Assembly: GCA_045863335.1 (NCBI GenBank)
Contig: BTVY01000024.1
Location: 1-64,000, forward strand
Direction of reading: 5' to 3'
DNA length: 64,000 bases
DNA from: Candidatus Hydrogenedentota bacterium
GTDB taxonomy: Bacteria > Hydrogenedentota > Hydrogenedentia > Hydrogenedentales > SLHB01
In this document: in pieces, positions 48,175 through 58,554 of the stretch
Layout of the letters: every line of letters begins with the position of its first letter
How positions within the stretch are numbered: the first letter of the stretch is position 1
Notes under the pieces: generated by a model
Told to the model about the DNA's origin: nothing
The model's database searches: none
The model's input: the letters and a program-made list of their open reading frames with translations, nothing else
Translations under genes and position numbers: made by a program

Positions 48175-49056
48175 TTACGGAGATAAGGTCTGCGACAACA
48201 ACCAGTCGATGATGTCGGCGCGCCGGTAGACGCGGTCCCAGATCTCGTGGGTCGACCCGGGAAGTTCCGTGGTGATGATATTGGCGCCCGCGTCGGCGAG
48301 ATCCTCCGTGAACTGCCGCCAGTCCTCGGTGTTGGAAAGCTCATCATTCGCGTTGGCGAAGGTCCAGATGGGGACGGTCAGGAGTTTCGGGATGTCCACG
48401 TCGCGGCCCGCGCCGGCGATGGGCAGGATTGCGGAAAGTTCCCCCTCGTGTTCGGCCGCGTAGCGCCAGGTCCCCGAAGCGCCGTAAGAAATGCCGGTCA
48501 TGGAGATTCGGTTCGGATCGACGTTGTAGCGCGCGGTCACGTCGGCCAACACGGCCGCGTAGATGGCGTCGATCTCCTCATAGGTGGCGTTCCACGGCAA
48601 TTGGGGCATGGCGACCAGGCAGGGGAACTGCTCAGGCCGGTCGCGCAAGTTCGGCGCGATGCCTACCGTCAGGTGCGCGAACCCATCGTCTCCGGACTCG
48701 ACTATGCCGTGCCAGAAGAGCACCAGTGGCCACGCCTGTTCCGGCGTATATTCGTCGGTGACGTAGAGTTCGTAGCACCGCTCCCCCTCGCCCAGCGCTG
48801 CCGAATAATGATACATCCGCGGCTCGAACTCGCCCTCGACGCACTCGTGGGGTTCGCAACCTCGTACGGCCGGCAGGGCGAGCGCGAGCAGCCCGTACAG
48901 GAACTGACTCAAGGCCGGGTGCCGGCGCAGTATCGATTGGAGGTCAGTCCCGGGCGCCTCCTCCCCCTTCGGCTCAACGTCCACAAATTCCTGGATTGGG
49001 TCCATTTGCGAAACCCCTGCCTTCGCCAGCCTCATGCGTTGATCGGCGGTATTCAC
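48175..49056 (-). CDS. alpha/beta hydrolase (predicted peptidase/esterase)
   Basis: WPLVLFWHG..ESGDDG, VDPNRISMTGISYGA (GxSxG), C-terminal His in STHEIW. Start uncertain (alternative ATG at 49005). Confidence 0.8.
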   Translation of the reverse strand: MNTADQRMRLAKAGVSQMDPIQEFVDVEPKGEEAPGTDLQSILRRHPALSQFLYGLLALALPAVRGCEPHECVEGEFEPRMYHYSAALGEGERCYELYVTDEYTPEQAWPLVLFWHGIVESGDDGFAHLTVGIAPNLRDRPEQFPCLVAMPQLPWNATYEEIDAIYAAVLADVTARYNVDPNRISMTGISYGASGTWRYAAEHEGELSAILPIAGAGRDVDIPKLLTVPIWTFANANDELSNTEDWRQFTEDLADAGANIITTELPGSTHEIWDRVYRRADIIDWLLSQTLSP

Positions 49057-49217
49057 CTGAGTTGATGGTTTAAGAAAGAAAAGTGCAGCCTTCTTGCTTA
49101 GGATAGCGCATCTTTCTCATTTTTGAAAGGGAGTTGACGTACCGGGCAAGTCTGTCGGCTGCTGAATACGGATTGACATATTGAGGGGTGCATTTGTGGT
49201 ATGCCTTGCCACGAGTC

Positions 49218-49374
49218 AACATCCCCCTTGATCCCCCTTTAAGGGAATTGGGATCAACTGCGTTATCGGTAAACGCACCGTATGTCACCTCATACTCGGT
49301 CTCGTGTTAGCCCACAACACAACGCGAAGCGTTGTGCGCGTTTCCCCCTTTGAAGGGGGTGCAGGGGGATGTTC
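49218..49374. repeat. inverted pair of family A REP-like elements
   Basis: AACATCCCCCTTGATCCCCCTTTAAGGG (49218-) and the reverse copy TCCCCCTTTGAAGGGGGTGCAGGGGGATGTTC (49343-49374). Confidence 0.7.
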
Positions 49375-49474
49375 TTCAGGAGAGTTCAGCGGGGAGCTGA
49401 AACTGTATCCCGAATTGTGGGGCGTTGTACCAAGAACATGGTCCGAGGTCTTTATGTAGCAATAGCCGCGGTAT

Positions 49475-49553
49475 ATCGGGATCGGTATCGAGGTCGGGGT
49501 GGGAAGCGCGATGTGCTTTCGATACCGATACCGATACCGATAGCGATACCGAC
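49475..49553. repeat. hexamer-repeat hairpin element
   Basis: Left arm of ATCGG(G/T) units; right arm (CGATAC)n/CGATAG, complementary to it. Confidence 0.7.
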
Positions 49554-49719
49554 AATGGAGGGTGGCGCTGCCGCACGTGAACGTTCACTCTCGTTTCGCC
49601 ACGCTTGTGGCGTGGTTTGTCGCTCCGGATGATCGGGCGTCCGCAACCGAGGTATACTTCTTTGATCGTCCCGTCAGTCGCTCGGGGCGTGAAATGCGAC
49701 GATTGAGCTTGGGGGTGAT

Positions 49720-50814
49720 ATGGCAACGATTTTCGGTTTCGACAAGCTGGTCAAACCGGACTGGGAAGCGCTGGCGCGCTGCATCGCGCGGGAAGGCACG
49801 CCGGACCGGGTGCACAACATCGAGTTGTTCCTGGACGCGGAAGTGCAGGAAGCAGTCTGCGAGCGCTTCGGTTTGGCGCGGGATTTGGACTCTAGCGACC
49901 CTTACTTCCCCCAGAAACGCCAAATCGCGATTCAGCGATTTCTGGGGTACGACTACGTCCGGATGGGCGTCGAAGATCACGTCATGCCCCTCCGCTACGA
50001 CAAAGCCGAAGATACGGCCGGATTGCGCCGCGAGACGGGCCGGGACTACGTCAACGAGCACCAGGGGCCAATCACCAATTGGGATGAATTCGAACAATAC
50101 CCTTGGCCGGACCCGCATAACGCCTCGACCCGGTCGCTGGAATGGTACGAGAAGAATCTGCCGGACGACATGTGCGTCGTGGGCAGCGGCGGGTTCGCCC
50201 ACTTCGCCGAGTACCTGACGTGGCTTATGGGATACGAGACCCTGTGCATCGCCCTGTACGAACAACGCGACCTGGTGGCGGCCATCGCGCAACGGCTCGT
50301 GGACATGTACGACGTCCTCATCGACCGGATCCTGGAGTTCGACCGCGTCAAGATCATCTGGGGCAGCGACGACATGGGATTTCGGACGGGACTGCTGATC
50401 AGCCCGGACGACCTGCGGGAGTTCGTCCTCCCCGGGCACAAGCTCATGGCCGACCGCTCCCACGCGGCGGGGCGGCCCTACCTGTTGCACTGCTGCGGCA
50501 AGGTCGACCTCATCATGGAGGATTTTATCGAGGGGATCGGCATCGACGCCAAGCACTCCTTCGAGGACACCATCGAGAGCGTGATCGATGCGAAACGGCT
50601 TTATGGCGACCGCATCGCCTTGTTGGGGGGCATCGACATCGACTTTCTCTGCCGGGCCACGGAGACAGAGATTCGGGAGCGGGTCCGGTCCACGCTGGAG
50701 CAGTGTATGCCGGGCGGCGGATACTGCCTGGGCACCGGAAACAGCGTGGCCAACTACATCCCGCTCGACAACTACTTGATAATGCTGGACGAAGGCCGCC
50801 GGTTCGCGACCTGA
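49720..50814 (+). CDS. uroporphyrinogen decarboxylase / MtaA-like superfamily protein
   Basis: W.EFEQYPWPD, WLMGYE, GSDDMG, LLHCCG, LLGGIDID, GGGYCLGTGNS. Confidence 0.85.
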   Translation: MATIFGFDKLVKPDWEALARCIAREGTPDRVHNIELFLDAEVQEAVCERFGLARDLDSSDPYFPQKRQIAIQRFLGYDYVRMGVEDHVMPLRYDKAEDTAGLRRETGRDYVNEHQGPITNWDEFEQYPWPDPHNASTRSLEWYEKNLPDDMCVVGSGGFAHFAEYLTWLMGYETLCIALYEQRDLVAAIAQRLVDMYDVLIDRILEFDRVKIIWGSDDMGFRTGLLISPDDLREFVLPGHKLMADRSHAAGRPYLLHCCGKVDLIMEDFIEGIGIDAKHSFEDTIESVIDAKRLYGDRIALLGGIDIDFLCRATETEIRERVRSTLEQCMPGGGYCLGTGNSVANYIPLDNYLIMLDEGRRFAT

Positions 50815-51138
50815 TGTCTGCATAGTAACGTGACGCGGCGCCGAGAGGGTCCCGAACCGAACGTACTTGGGAATATAGGGTTACCCCCCGATGTTGCAAC
50901 CTCAGAACGGGACTGGATTTGGCGTCGCTATTCCGAGACGGTTGGGGACCTCCTTTTTTCGAGGGTAGCGCATCCCGCCCTGGGGTCATTGGGTTATAAA
51001 TTCCGGGATTTCGCCGCCGCCCCTTGGGAACTTTCGTGATGCTCCGAAACATTGGGCGGCTTCCGTGTTGTTATTGGATAGAGAACGAAATTTGTCGCCT
51101 CCGCGCGGCATGGGTAACGCATACGAAGAGGTGCAGTA

Positions 51139-52659
51139 ATGAGCACGCCTGAAGTAGACGCGCAGCGCACACCGGAAACGGCGGAAGAAAAGCAGTATAC
51201 CGGCACGCGTGTCGAACAGAGCAATCGTGAAATCGCCGAACTCGCCAATCAGAGCTACAAGTTCGGATGGACGACCAATATCGAGTCGGAAACCATCGCG
51301 AAGGGCTTGAACGAGGACGTGATTCGCGTCATTTCGGCGAAAAAAGAAGAGCCGGAGTGGCTCCTGGAATGGCGCTTGAAGGCGTACCGGCACTGGCTGA
51401 CCATGACCGAGCCGAACTGGGCGAACGTCACCTATCCGCCGATCGATTATCAGGACCACTATTACTATTCGGCGCCGAAGCGCGACAAGAAGCCCTTGAG
51501 CAGCCTTGACGAGGTAGACAAGGAACTCCTCGAAACCTTCGAGAAACTCGGCATCCCGCTGGACGAACAGAAGCGGCTGGCCGGCGTTGCGGTCGATGCC
51601 GTGTTCGACAGCGTATCCGTAGCCACGACGCACAAGGAGATTCTCGCGAAGAAGGGAATCATCTTCTGCTCGTTCTCCGAGGCAGTGAAGGACCACCCGG
51701 ACCTGGTCAAGCAGTATCTCGGATCCGTGGTTCCGGCGAACGATAATTTCTTCGCGGCGTTGAACTCGGCCGTGTTTTCGGACGGGTCCTTCTGTTTCAT
51801 CCCGAAGGGTGTGCGATGCCCGATGGACCTGTCGACCTATTTCCGCATCAACGCGGCGGGCACGGGCCAGTTCGAGCGGACGCTTATCGTCGCCGAGGAA
51901 GGCGCGTACGTGAACTACCTCGAAGGCTGCACGGCGCCCATGCGCGATGAGAACCAGTTGCACGCGGCGGTGGTGGAACTCGTGGCCCTCGACGATGCGA
52001 CGATCAACTATTCAACCGTGCAGAACTGGTACTCGGGCGACAAGGAAGGCAAAGGCGGCATCTACAACTTTGTCACCAAGCGCGGCAAATGCCTGGGCCG
52101 GAACTCGCGCATTTCGTGGACGCAGGTGGAAACCGGGTCCGCGATTACCTGGAAGTATCCAAGCTGCTTGCTCATGGGCGACAACTCGGTCGGCGAGTTT
52201 TACTCGGTCGCGGTGAGCAACAACCGGCAGCAGGCCGACACGGGCACGAAGATGGTGCACATGGGCAAGAACACCAAGAGCACCATCATCTCGAAGACCA
52301 TCTCCGCAGGCGAGGGCAACAACAGCTATCGCGGGCAGGTGCTGGTCATGCCGAAGGCGTCGGACGCGCGGAACTACACGCAGTGTGATTCGCTGCTCAT
52401 CGGCGACAAGTGCGGGGCGCACACGTTCCCCTATATCGAAGTGCGGAACAACACCTCCGACGTGGAGCACGAAGCGTCCACGTCAAAGATCAGCGAAGCG
52501 CAGTTGTTCTATTGCAAACAGCGCGGCATCGGAACGGAAGACGCCATCTCGATGGTCATCAACGGATTCTGCAAAGAAGTATTCGATCATCTGCCCATGG
52601 AATTCGCCGTGGAGGCGACGAAGTTGCTGGGCGTGAGCCTGGAAGGGAGTGTTGGATAA
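51139..52659 (+). CDS. sufB: Fe-S cluster assembly scaffold SufB
   Basis: [53 protein letters not shown]. Confidence 0.98.
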   Translation: MSTPEVDAQRTPETAEEKQYTGTRVEQSNREIAELANQSYKFGWTTNIESETIAKGLNEDVIRVISAKKEEPEWLLEWRLKAYRHWLTMTEPNWANVTYPPIDYQDHYYYSAPKRDKKPLSSLDEVDKELLETFEKLGIPLDEQKRLAGVAVDAVFDSVSVATTHKEILAKKGIIFCSFSEAVKDHPDLVKQYLGSVVPANDNFFAALNSAVFSDGSFCFIPKGVRCPMDLSTYFRINAAGTGQFERTLIVAEEGAYVNYLEGCTAPMRDENQLHAAVVELVALDDATINYSTVQNWYSGDKEGKGGIYNFVTKRGKCLGRNSRISWTQVETGSAITWKYPSCLLMGDNSVGEFYSVAVSNNRQQADTGTKMVHMGKNTKSTIISKTISAGEGNNSYRGQVLVMPKASDARNYTQCDSLLIGDKCGAHTFPYIEVRNNTSDVEHEASTSKISEAQLFYCKQRGIGTEDAISMVINGFCKEVFDHLPMEFAVEATKLLGVSLEGSVG

Positions 52660-53415
52660 ATGCTGGAGATTACGAATCTGCACGCGAACGTGGAAGGCGT
52701 GGAGATCCTGAAGGGCGTGAGCCTGAAGATCAACGACGGCGAAGTGCACGCGATCATGGGCCCGAACGGGTCGGGCAAAAGCACGCTGGCCCAGATCCTC
52801 GCGGGCAACGAAGAATATGAAGTCACCGAGGGCGAGGTTACCTTCCTCGGCCAGGATCTCCTGGAGATGCCCGCGGAAGAACGGGCGCGCCTGGGCGTGT
52901 TCATGGCGTTTCAGTATCCGGTGGAGATTCCCGGGATTTCGAACGCCTATTTCCTGCAGGCGGGACTGAACGAGATCCGGAAGAGCCATGGCCTGGAAGA
53001 GTTGGACACGCTCGACTTTCAGGAACTCCTGAAAGAGAAGATGGAGATGGTGGCTATCGATCCCAAGTTCGCGGACCGGCCCGTCAACGAAGGCTTCTCC
53101 GGCGGCGAGAAGAAGCGGAACGAGATCCTGCAGATGGCGGTGCTCGAACCGAAGCTGGCGATTCTGGACGAAACGGATTCGGGACTCGACATCGACGCGT
53201 TGCGCATCGTGGCCGACGGCGTGAATAAGTTGCGGGGCCCGAAGCGCTCCATGATTGTGGTTACGCACTACCAGCGTCTGCTCAACTACATCGTGCCCGA
53301 TTTTGTGCACGTGTTGTACGGCGGGCGCATCGTAAAATCCGGCGGGAAGGAACTGGCCCTGGAACTCGAAGAAAAGGGCTACGATTGGGTGAAATCGGAA
53401 TTTGCCGCGGTCTAG
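52660..53415 (+). CDS. sufC: Fe-S cluster assembly ATPase SufC
   Basis: [41 protein letters not shown]. Confidence 0.98.
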   Translation: MLEITNLHANVEGVEILKGVSLKINDGEVHAIMGPNGSGKSTLAQILAGNEEYEVTEGEVTFLGQDLLEMPAEERARLGVFMAFQYPVEIPGISNAYFLQAGLNEIRKSHGLEELDTLDFQELLKEKMEMVAIDPKFADRPVNEGFSGGEKKRNEILQMAVLEPKLAILDETDSGLDIDALRIVADGVNKLRGPKRSMIVVTHYQRLLNYIVPDFVHVLYGGRIVKSGGKELALELEEKGYDWVKSEFAAV

Positions 53416-53449
53416 GGACTGCGTTGATTCGGGAGTATAACGGCGCATC

Positions 53450-54772
53450 ATGGCTGAGATAGCGGAACGCGTGGAAAACAAAACGCACTACCTGGCTGAT
53501 CTGGAGCGGCTACAGCCCGTACCCCAGGACTGGGTGAACGAACTGCGGCGCAAGGCGGTGGACGAGTTCACGGAGACCGAGTTTCCGACTCGGAAAATGG
53601 AGCCGTGGCGTTTCACCAACGTCGCGCCCATCGTTCGGACGGCCTTCCGCTCGCCGGTCGAAGCGGGTTCGCATGGACTTTCCGCGGCGGATGTGGCTCC
53701 GCTTCGGTACGGCGAGGCCGATTGGACGGAATTGGTATTCGTCGACGGTTTCTATGCGCCGGAATTGTCGAGTCCTACGGAAGGTGTTCGGGCCGGCAGT
53801 CTGTCCGAGGCGTTCACGAGTGACGCGGGCCTGGTGCAAAAGCATTTGAATCGATACCTGAACGGATCGGGCAACGCATTTACCGCGTTGAACACGGCGT
53901 TCCTGTTGGATGGCGCGTACATCCACGTTGCGAAAGAGCAGGTCCTTCCCTCCCCCATTCACATTTTGCACATTTCCACGGGGGGCGAGGGCGATACGGC
54001 AAGCTACCCGCGCAACCTCATCGTGGCGGATCGTCATGCGGAAGCGACGTTTGTCGAGAGTCACGTGAGCCTGGCGGGTGACAAGACGTACTTCAAGAAT
54101 ACCGTCACCGAAATCAGCGTCGGCGAAGGCGCGAGAGTGCATTGGTACAAACTGTTGCACGAAGGGCCGAACGGGTATCACCTGTCCTCGACGCGGGTGC
54201 ATCAGGAACGGGACAGCGCCTTCAAGTCGTTTTCGATTTTCCAGGGCGCGAAGATTGCCCGGAACGATTTGAGCGTGGTGCTGGATGGCGAAGGCGCGGA
54301 TGCGTCGCTGAATGGCCTCTACATGACCGACGGCGATCAGCTCGTGGATAACGCGACGTCGGTGGATCACGCGAAGCCCCATTGCACGAGTTGGATCGGC
54401 TACAAGGGCGTGTTGCAGGAGAAGAGCCACGGCGTGTTCAGCGGCAAGGTGATGGTTCGCCGGGACGCGCAGAAGACGGATTCGAACCAGTTGAACCAGA
54501 ACATGGTGTTGTCCGACAAGGCCACCATTGACACGAAACCGCTCCTGGAGATTTTCGCGGACGACGTGAAGTGCACGCACGGCGCGACCGTGGGCCGTCC
54601 GCCCAAGGAGTTGGTGTTCTATTTCCAGACACGAGGCATGAGCGAAGCCATGGCGTTGGGCATGCTGACCTATGGTTTTGCGGACGAAGTGGTTAACCAG
54701 ATCGAAGTGGACGCGGTGCGTGCACGGCTCGAGAAATTCGTTTACAATAAGTACAGTCCGATCCCTGGCTGA
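53450..54772 (+). CDS. sufD: Fe-S cluster assembly protein SufD
   Basis: FPTRKMEPWRFT, AQKTDSNQ, TKPLLEIFADDVKCTHGATVG. Confidence 0.96.
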   Translation: MAEIAERVENKTHYLADLERLQPVPQDWVNELRRKAVDEFTETEFPTRKMEPWRFTNVAPIVRTAFRSPVEAGSHGLSAADVAPLRYGEADWTELVFVDGFYAPELSSPTEGVRAGSLSEAFTSDAGLVQKHLNRYLNGSGNAFTALNTAFLLDGAYIHVAKEQVLPSPIHILHISTGGEGDTASYPRNLIVADRHAEATFVESHVSLAGDKTYFKNTVTEISVGEGARVHWYKLLHEGPNGYHLSSTRVHQERDSAFKSFSIFQGAKIARNDLSVVLDGEGADASLNGLYMTDGDQLVDNATSVDHAKPHCTSWIGYKGVLQEKSHGVFSGKVMVRRDAQKTDSNQLNQNMVLSDKATIDTKPLLEIFADDVKCTHGATVGRPPKELVFYFQTRGMSEAMALGMLTYGFADEVVNQIEVDAVRARLEKFVYNKYSPIPG

Positions 54773-54792
54773 CCGCAGTTTGACGAGGTATC

Positions 54793-56079
54793 TTGGCTAC
54801 CAGCATGGCTACAGCGGGCCAACAGACGCAGTCCGCAGTCGATAAAACGGCTCCACTTACCGCGCTCGACGTCGAGCGGATAAGGCGGGAGTTCCCTGCC
54901 CTACACGTGGAACGCGATGGCGTTACGCAGGTGTATCTGGACAACGCGGCGACGAGCCAGAAGCCGAAGTCCGTCATCGAGCGCATCGACCGGTACTACC
55001 GGAGCGAGAACGCGAACGTCCACCGCGGCATGCACTACCTGAGCGAAGTCGCGACCCAGGCCTACGAGGAATCCCGCAAGAAGGTGCAGCGGTTCCTCGG
55101 TGTGCCCTTGAGCTGCGAGGTCATCTTCACGCGCGGGACCACCGAAAGCATCAATCTCGTGGCCCAGACCTACGGGCGCCAGAACGTGGGCAAGGATGAC
55201 GAGGTCATCATCAGCGCCATGGAGCACCATTCCAATATCGTGCCCTGGCAGATGCTGTGCGAAGAAAAAGGCGCGAAATTGCGCGTCATTCCGATGACCG
55301 ATCGGGGCGAGTTGATCCTGGAGGAGTACGAGAAGCTCCTGTCCAGCCGCACCAAGCTGGTTTCCGTAAACCATGTGTCCAACGCGCTTGGCACGATCAA
55401 CCCGGTGCGCCACATTATCGAGAAGGCGCACGAGCATGGCGTACCGGTATTGGTGGACGGCGCACAGGGGGCTGCACATCTCCCCATCGACGTGAAAGAA
55501 CTGGACTGCGATTTCTATGCCTGCTCGGCCCACAAGATGGTTGGACCGACGGGAATCGGCGTGCTGTACGGCAAGGCCGAACTGCTGAACAAGATGCCCC
55601 CCTTCATGGGCGGCGGCGACATGATCCTTTCGGTGACGTTCGAGAAGACCACGTACAGCAGCCTGCCGTACAAGTTCGAGGCGGGAACCCCGAACATCGC
55701 GGGGACCATTGGCCTGGGCGCGGCGGTGGACTACCTGGAATCGATTGGCATGGAGCGAATCGCGGCGTACGAGCATGAACTGACGCAATACGCGACGTCG
55801 CTGCTCGAATCGATTGACGGCGTTCATCTGGTTGGCACCGCGCGCGAAAAGGCGGGCGTGCTGTCGTTCACCATGGAAAACGCCCACCCCCACGACATCG
55901 GCCAGATCTTCAGCGACTGTGGCGTGGCCATTCGCGCGGGTCATCACTGCGCCCAGCCGGTCATGCAACGTTTTGGCATTCCGGCCACCGCGCGGGCGTC
56001 GCTGGCTTTCTACAATAACAAGGAAGACCTGGACGCGATGGCGGACGCAATCAAGAAGGTCAAAGAGGTTTTTGACTGA
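54793..56079 (+). CDS. sufS: cysteine desulfurase SufS
   Basis: YLDNAATSQKP, EHHSNIVPWQ, SAHK (PLP Lys), RAGHHCAQP. Start is TTG 54793 or ATG 54805. Confidence 0.97.
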   Translation: MATSMATAGQQTQSAVDKTAPLTALDVERIRREFPALHVERDGVTQVYLDNAATSQKPKSVIERIDRYYRSENANVHRGMHYLSEVATQAYEESRKKVQRFLGVPLSCEVIFTRGTTESINLVAQTYGRQNVGKDDEVIISAMEHHSNIVPWQMLCEEKGAKLRVIPMTDRGELILEEYEKLLSSRTKLVSVNHVSNALGTINPVRHIIEKAHEHGVPVLVDGAQGAAHLPIDVKELDCDFYACSAHKMVGPTGIGVLYGKAELLNKMPPFMGGGDMILSVTFEKTTYSSLPYKFEAGTPNIAGTIGLGAAVDYLESIGMERIAAYEHELTQYATSLLESIDGVHLVGTAREKAGVLSFTMENAHPHDIGQIFSDCGVAIRAGHHCAQPVMQRFGIPATARASLAFYNNKEDLDAMADAIKKVKEVFD

Positions 56080-56531
56080 TGTCCAGCAATCGCGCGTTGT
56101 ACGAGCAGGTCATCCTGGAGCACAACAAGAAACCCCGGAACTTCCACGAAATGGAAGATGCTGATCGCAAGGTGGAGGGTTATAACCCCTTGTGTGGTGA
56201 TCACTTCACCGTCTATGTGAAACTAAATGGCGACGTGATCGAGGATGTAAGCTTCAGCGGGGCGGGCTGCGCGATCTCCAAGTCGTCGGCCTCGGTCATG
56301 ACGATGCTGCTCAAGGGTAAAACGAAGAAGGAAGCTGAGGGGCTGTTCCTGAAGTTTCACACCATGGTCACGTCAAGCCCCGACTCCCCGGTGGATGAAG
56401 ACGATCTCGGCAAACTGCGCGTCTTCGCGGGGGTGCGCGAGTTTCCGGTTCGGATCAAGTGCGCGACATTGGCCTGGCACTCCATGTTGTCTGCCCTGGA
56501 CGGAAAAGACGAATCCGTCACGACCGAGTGA
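56079..56531 (+). CDS. sufU: SUF system NifU-family protein SufU
   Basis: LYEQVILEH..KPRN, NPLCGD, GCAIS, RIKCATLAWH. Confidence 0.96.
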   Translation: MSSNRALYEQVILEHNKKPRNFHEMEDADRKVEGYNPLCGDHFTVYVKLNGDVIEDVSFSGAGCAISKSSASVMTMLLKGKTKKEAEGLFLKFHTMVTSSPDSPVDEDDLGKLRVFAGVREFPVRIKCATLAWHSMLSALDGKDESVTTE

Positions 56532-56702
56532 TGCCCTTCCATTGAATCCCGCTCCGGCGAGGTGCTAGTCTGATTGGGTATACTTATTGTGGCGGTTTGC
56601 ATTTGAAATGCCTCTTTTGCCCGCTCGGTTGATGATGGCGAGAGGCCCGCTTCGAGGTCAGCAGGCGCGGAAGTTGAGACGCGCCAGAGGAATAGGGACG
56701 AG

Positions 56703-57767
56703 ATGAGCAACACACTGGCTGTACAGGAAGCCCCTAGCCGGGATGAAACCCTGGAACGCATGCGCGCGAAGCTTACGGGCATCGTGCCGGATGTGGAACT
56801 CCAACTGAAGGCGGACCTCGCCTATCGCATCAACGTGCTGAAGCGGGAGCTGAACGCCGTGATTCTGGGCCACAACTACATGGAACCGGCCCTGTTTCAT
56901 TCCGTGCCGGATTATGTGGGTGATTCCCTTGAACTGTCGCGGATTTCGGCGGAAACCGAAGCGGACATCATCGTGTTCTGCGGCGTGCAGTTCATGGCGG
57001 AAACCGCCAAGATCCTGAACCCGGAAAAGACCGTGCTAATCCCTTCCGCGAAGGCAGGCTGCTCCCTGGCCGCGGGCGTGACGGCGGATGACGTGCGCGC
57101 GCTCAAACGCTTGTACCCCGGTGTGCCGGTCGTCAGCTACGTGAACACGTATGCCGACGTCAAGGCGGAATCGGATTACTGCTGCACGTCCGGAAACGCA
57201 GGCAACGTGGTTCGCCATATCCTCGGCAAGGGCCACGATTACGTGATCTTCCTGCCGGACCAGTATCTCGCGCACAATACGGCGAAGGAAGTCGGCATCC
57301 CCTTCGTAACCGCGAATCGGGAAGAGGCGTTGCCCCTTCCGGACCGAGCGGTGATTGGTTGGAGTGCCCGCTGCGAAGTCCACGAACTCTTCACGACGAA
57401 CGACGTGACCACGGTGCGGCAGCAGTTCCCGGATGTGGCCATTGTCGCCCATCCGGAAGTCAGCCCGGAAGTGCTCGAGTTGTGCGACGCGGCCGGCAGC
57501 ACGAAACAGATGATCGAATACGTGCGCAAGACCGAAGCCGACCGCTATCTTCTGCTCACCGAATGCAGCATGGGCGACAACATCGCCGCGGAGAATCCGG
57601 AGAAGGAAATGCTCCGTCTCTGCAGCCACCGCTGCCCCCACATGGGCCAGATCACGCTGGAAGACACGCTGGCCGCGCTGGAAAAGATCCAGTACAAGGT
57701 CGAGCTGTCCGACGATCTCATCCGCGACGCGCGGTTGCCCATCGACCGCATGCTGGAGATTCGGTAA
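56703..57767 (+). CDS. nadA: quinolinate synthase
   Basis: GHNYM, GDSLELS, FCGVQFMAETAK, GCSLA, YVNT, CTSGNA, CEVH, CPHM. Confidence 0.96.
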   Translation: MSNTLAVQEAPSRDETLERMRAKLTGIVPDVELQLKADLAYRINVLKRELNAVILGHNYMEPALFHSVPDYVGDSLELSRISAETEADIIVFCGVQFMAETAKILNPEKTVLIPSAKAGCSLAAGVTADDVRALKRLYPGVPVVSYVNTYADVKAESDYCCTSGNAGNVVRHILGKGHDYVIFLPDQYLAHNTAKEVGIPFVTANREEALPLPDRAVIGWSARCEVHELFTTNDVTTVRQQFPDVAIVAHPEVSPEVLELCDAAGSTKQMIEYVRKTEADRYLLLTECSMGDNIAAENPEKEMLRLCSHRCPHMGQITLEDTLAALEKIQYKVELSDDLIRDARLPIDRMLEIR

Positions 57768-57829
57768 TCCCAGGAGGGCGGATTTTCCAGCCAGCCTCTG
57801 GAGTTTCTACATTTGCCGCGTGGTGGCCC

Positions 57830-58030
57830 GCCCCGAAGGGGCAAGAACATGAAAGCCCAGGGCAGAGCGAAGCGGCGCCCTGGGACGAATTGTATTGTTT
57901 AAGCCGGAGCCCTGAAAGGGCGAAACAATGGTCCTGCCAGCATCTCCTGCGGCCCGTGTTTCGCCCTTTCAGGGCTTTCGTTATTTCATGTCCTCCTGAT
58001 CCCAGGGCGTCGCTTCGCTTTGCCTGGGTC
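57830..58030. repeat. large REP-like composite hairpin (family C)
   Basis: Perfect 20-bp IR AGCCCTGAAAGGGCGAAACA (57908-57927) / 57957-57976, enclosed by a CCCAGGGC...CCCTGGG IR pair (57856-57885 / 58000-58028). Confidence 0.85.
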
Positions 58031-58178
58031 CCTAACCGCAAACATCGTGAAGAACTTTCGCATTTGGCTGGCGACGACTCCGTAACTTGTTCGACCATCC
58101 AATGATAGGTGTCGACAGAGAGACTCATTCTTCCGCCCCCGTTCGGGGGCTGTGCGGTGGTGGTGGACATCTGACCCG

Positions 58179-58240
58179 GGGTTCCGCTCGTGCCTCGCTC
58201 CACCCCGGGCTACATTCGAGTCGCCCCATCCGGGGCTGGC
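58179..58240. repeat. REP-like element family B, copy 2
   Basis: Identical to 47509-47570. Confidence 0.9.
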
Positions 58241-58291
58241 GTGGGTAGATATCGTTGTATGAGGAGTTATGGTCTTGGCCCGGCTTGACGT

Positions 58292-58357
58292 GTTTTGGTC
58301 ATTCGGATTTTGGTCATTAGAATCTGTTTCGGATTTCGTACTTCGGATTTCGGATTT
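58292..58357. repeat. heptamer-repeat element, right arm only
   Basis: GTTTTGGTCATTCGGATTTTGGTCATT...TGTTTCGGATTTCGTACTTCGGATTTCGGATTT closely matches 512-578. Confidence 0.75.
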
Positions 58358-58554
58358 GGTTGCGGCTATGCCGCGATGGGCTTTCCTGTCTCGGCCCTTC
58401 GGGCGAAAACGCAGCTACGAAGTTCACGGGTGAATTCTGCGACGTACCTAACCAGTAGGGACCACCCACAAAAACCATATCGCAGTGAATCGCTCATTGG
58501 CAGTTATTGGCCGCGGCGGGTTGGAAAACCCGCCCTCCTTAACAGCACAGAGAT

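Noticed and set aside
56532-56702. NAD+ (nadA-motif) riboswitch
   Set aside because: I see no match to the conserved core that I recall for this motif; only promoter-like elements are evident.
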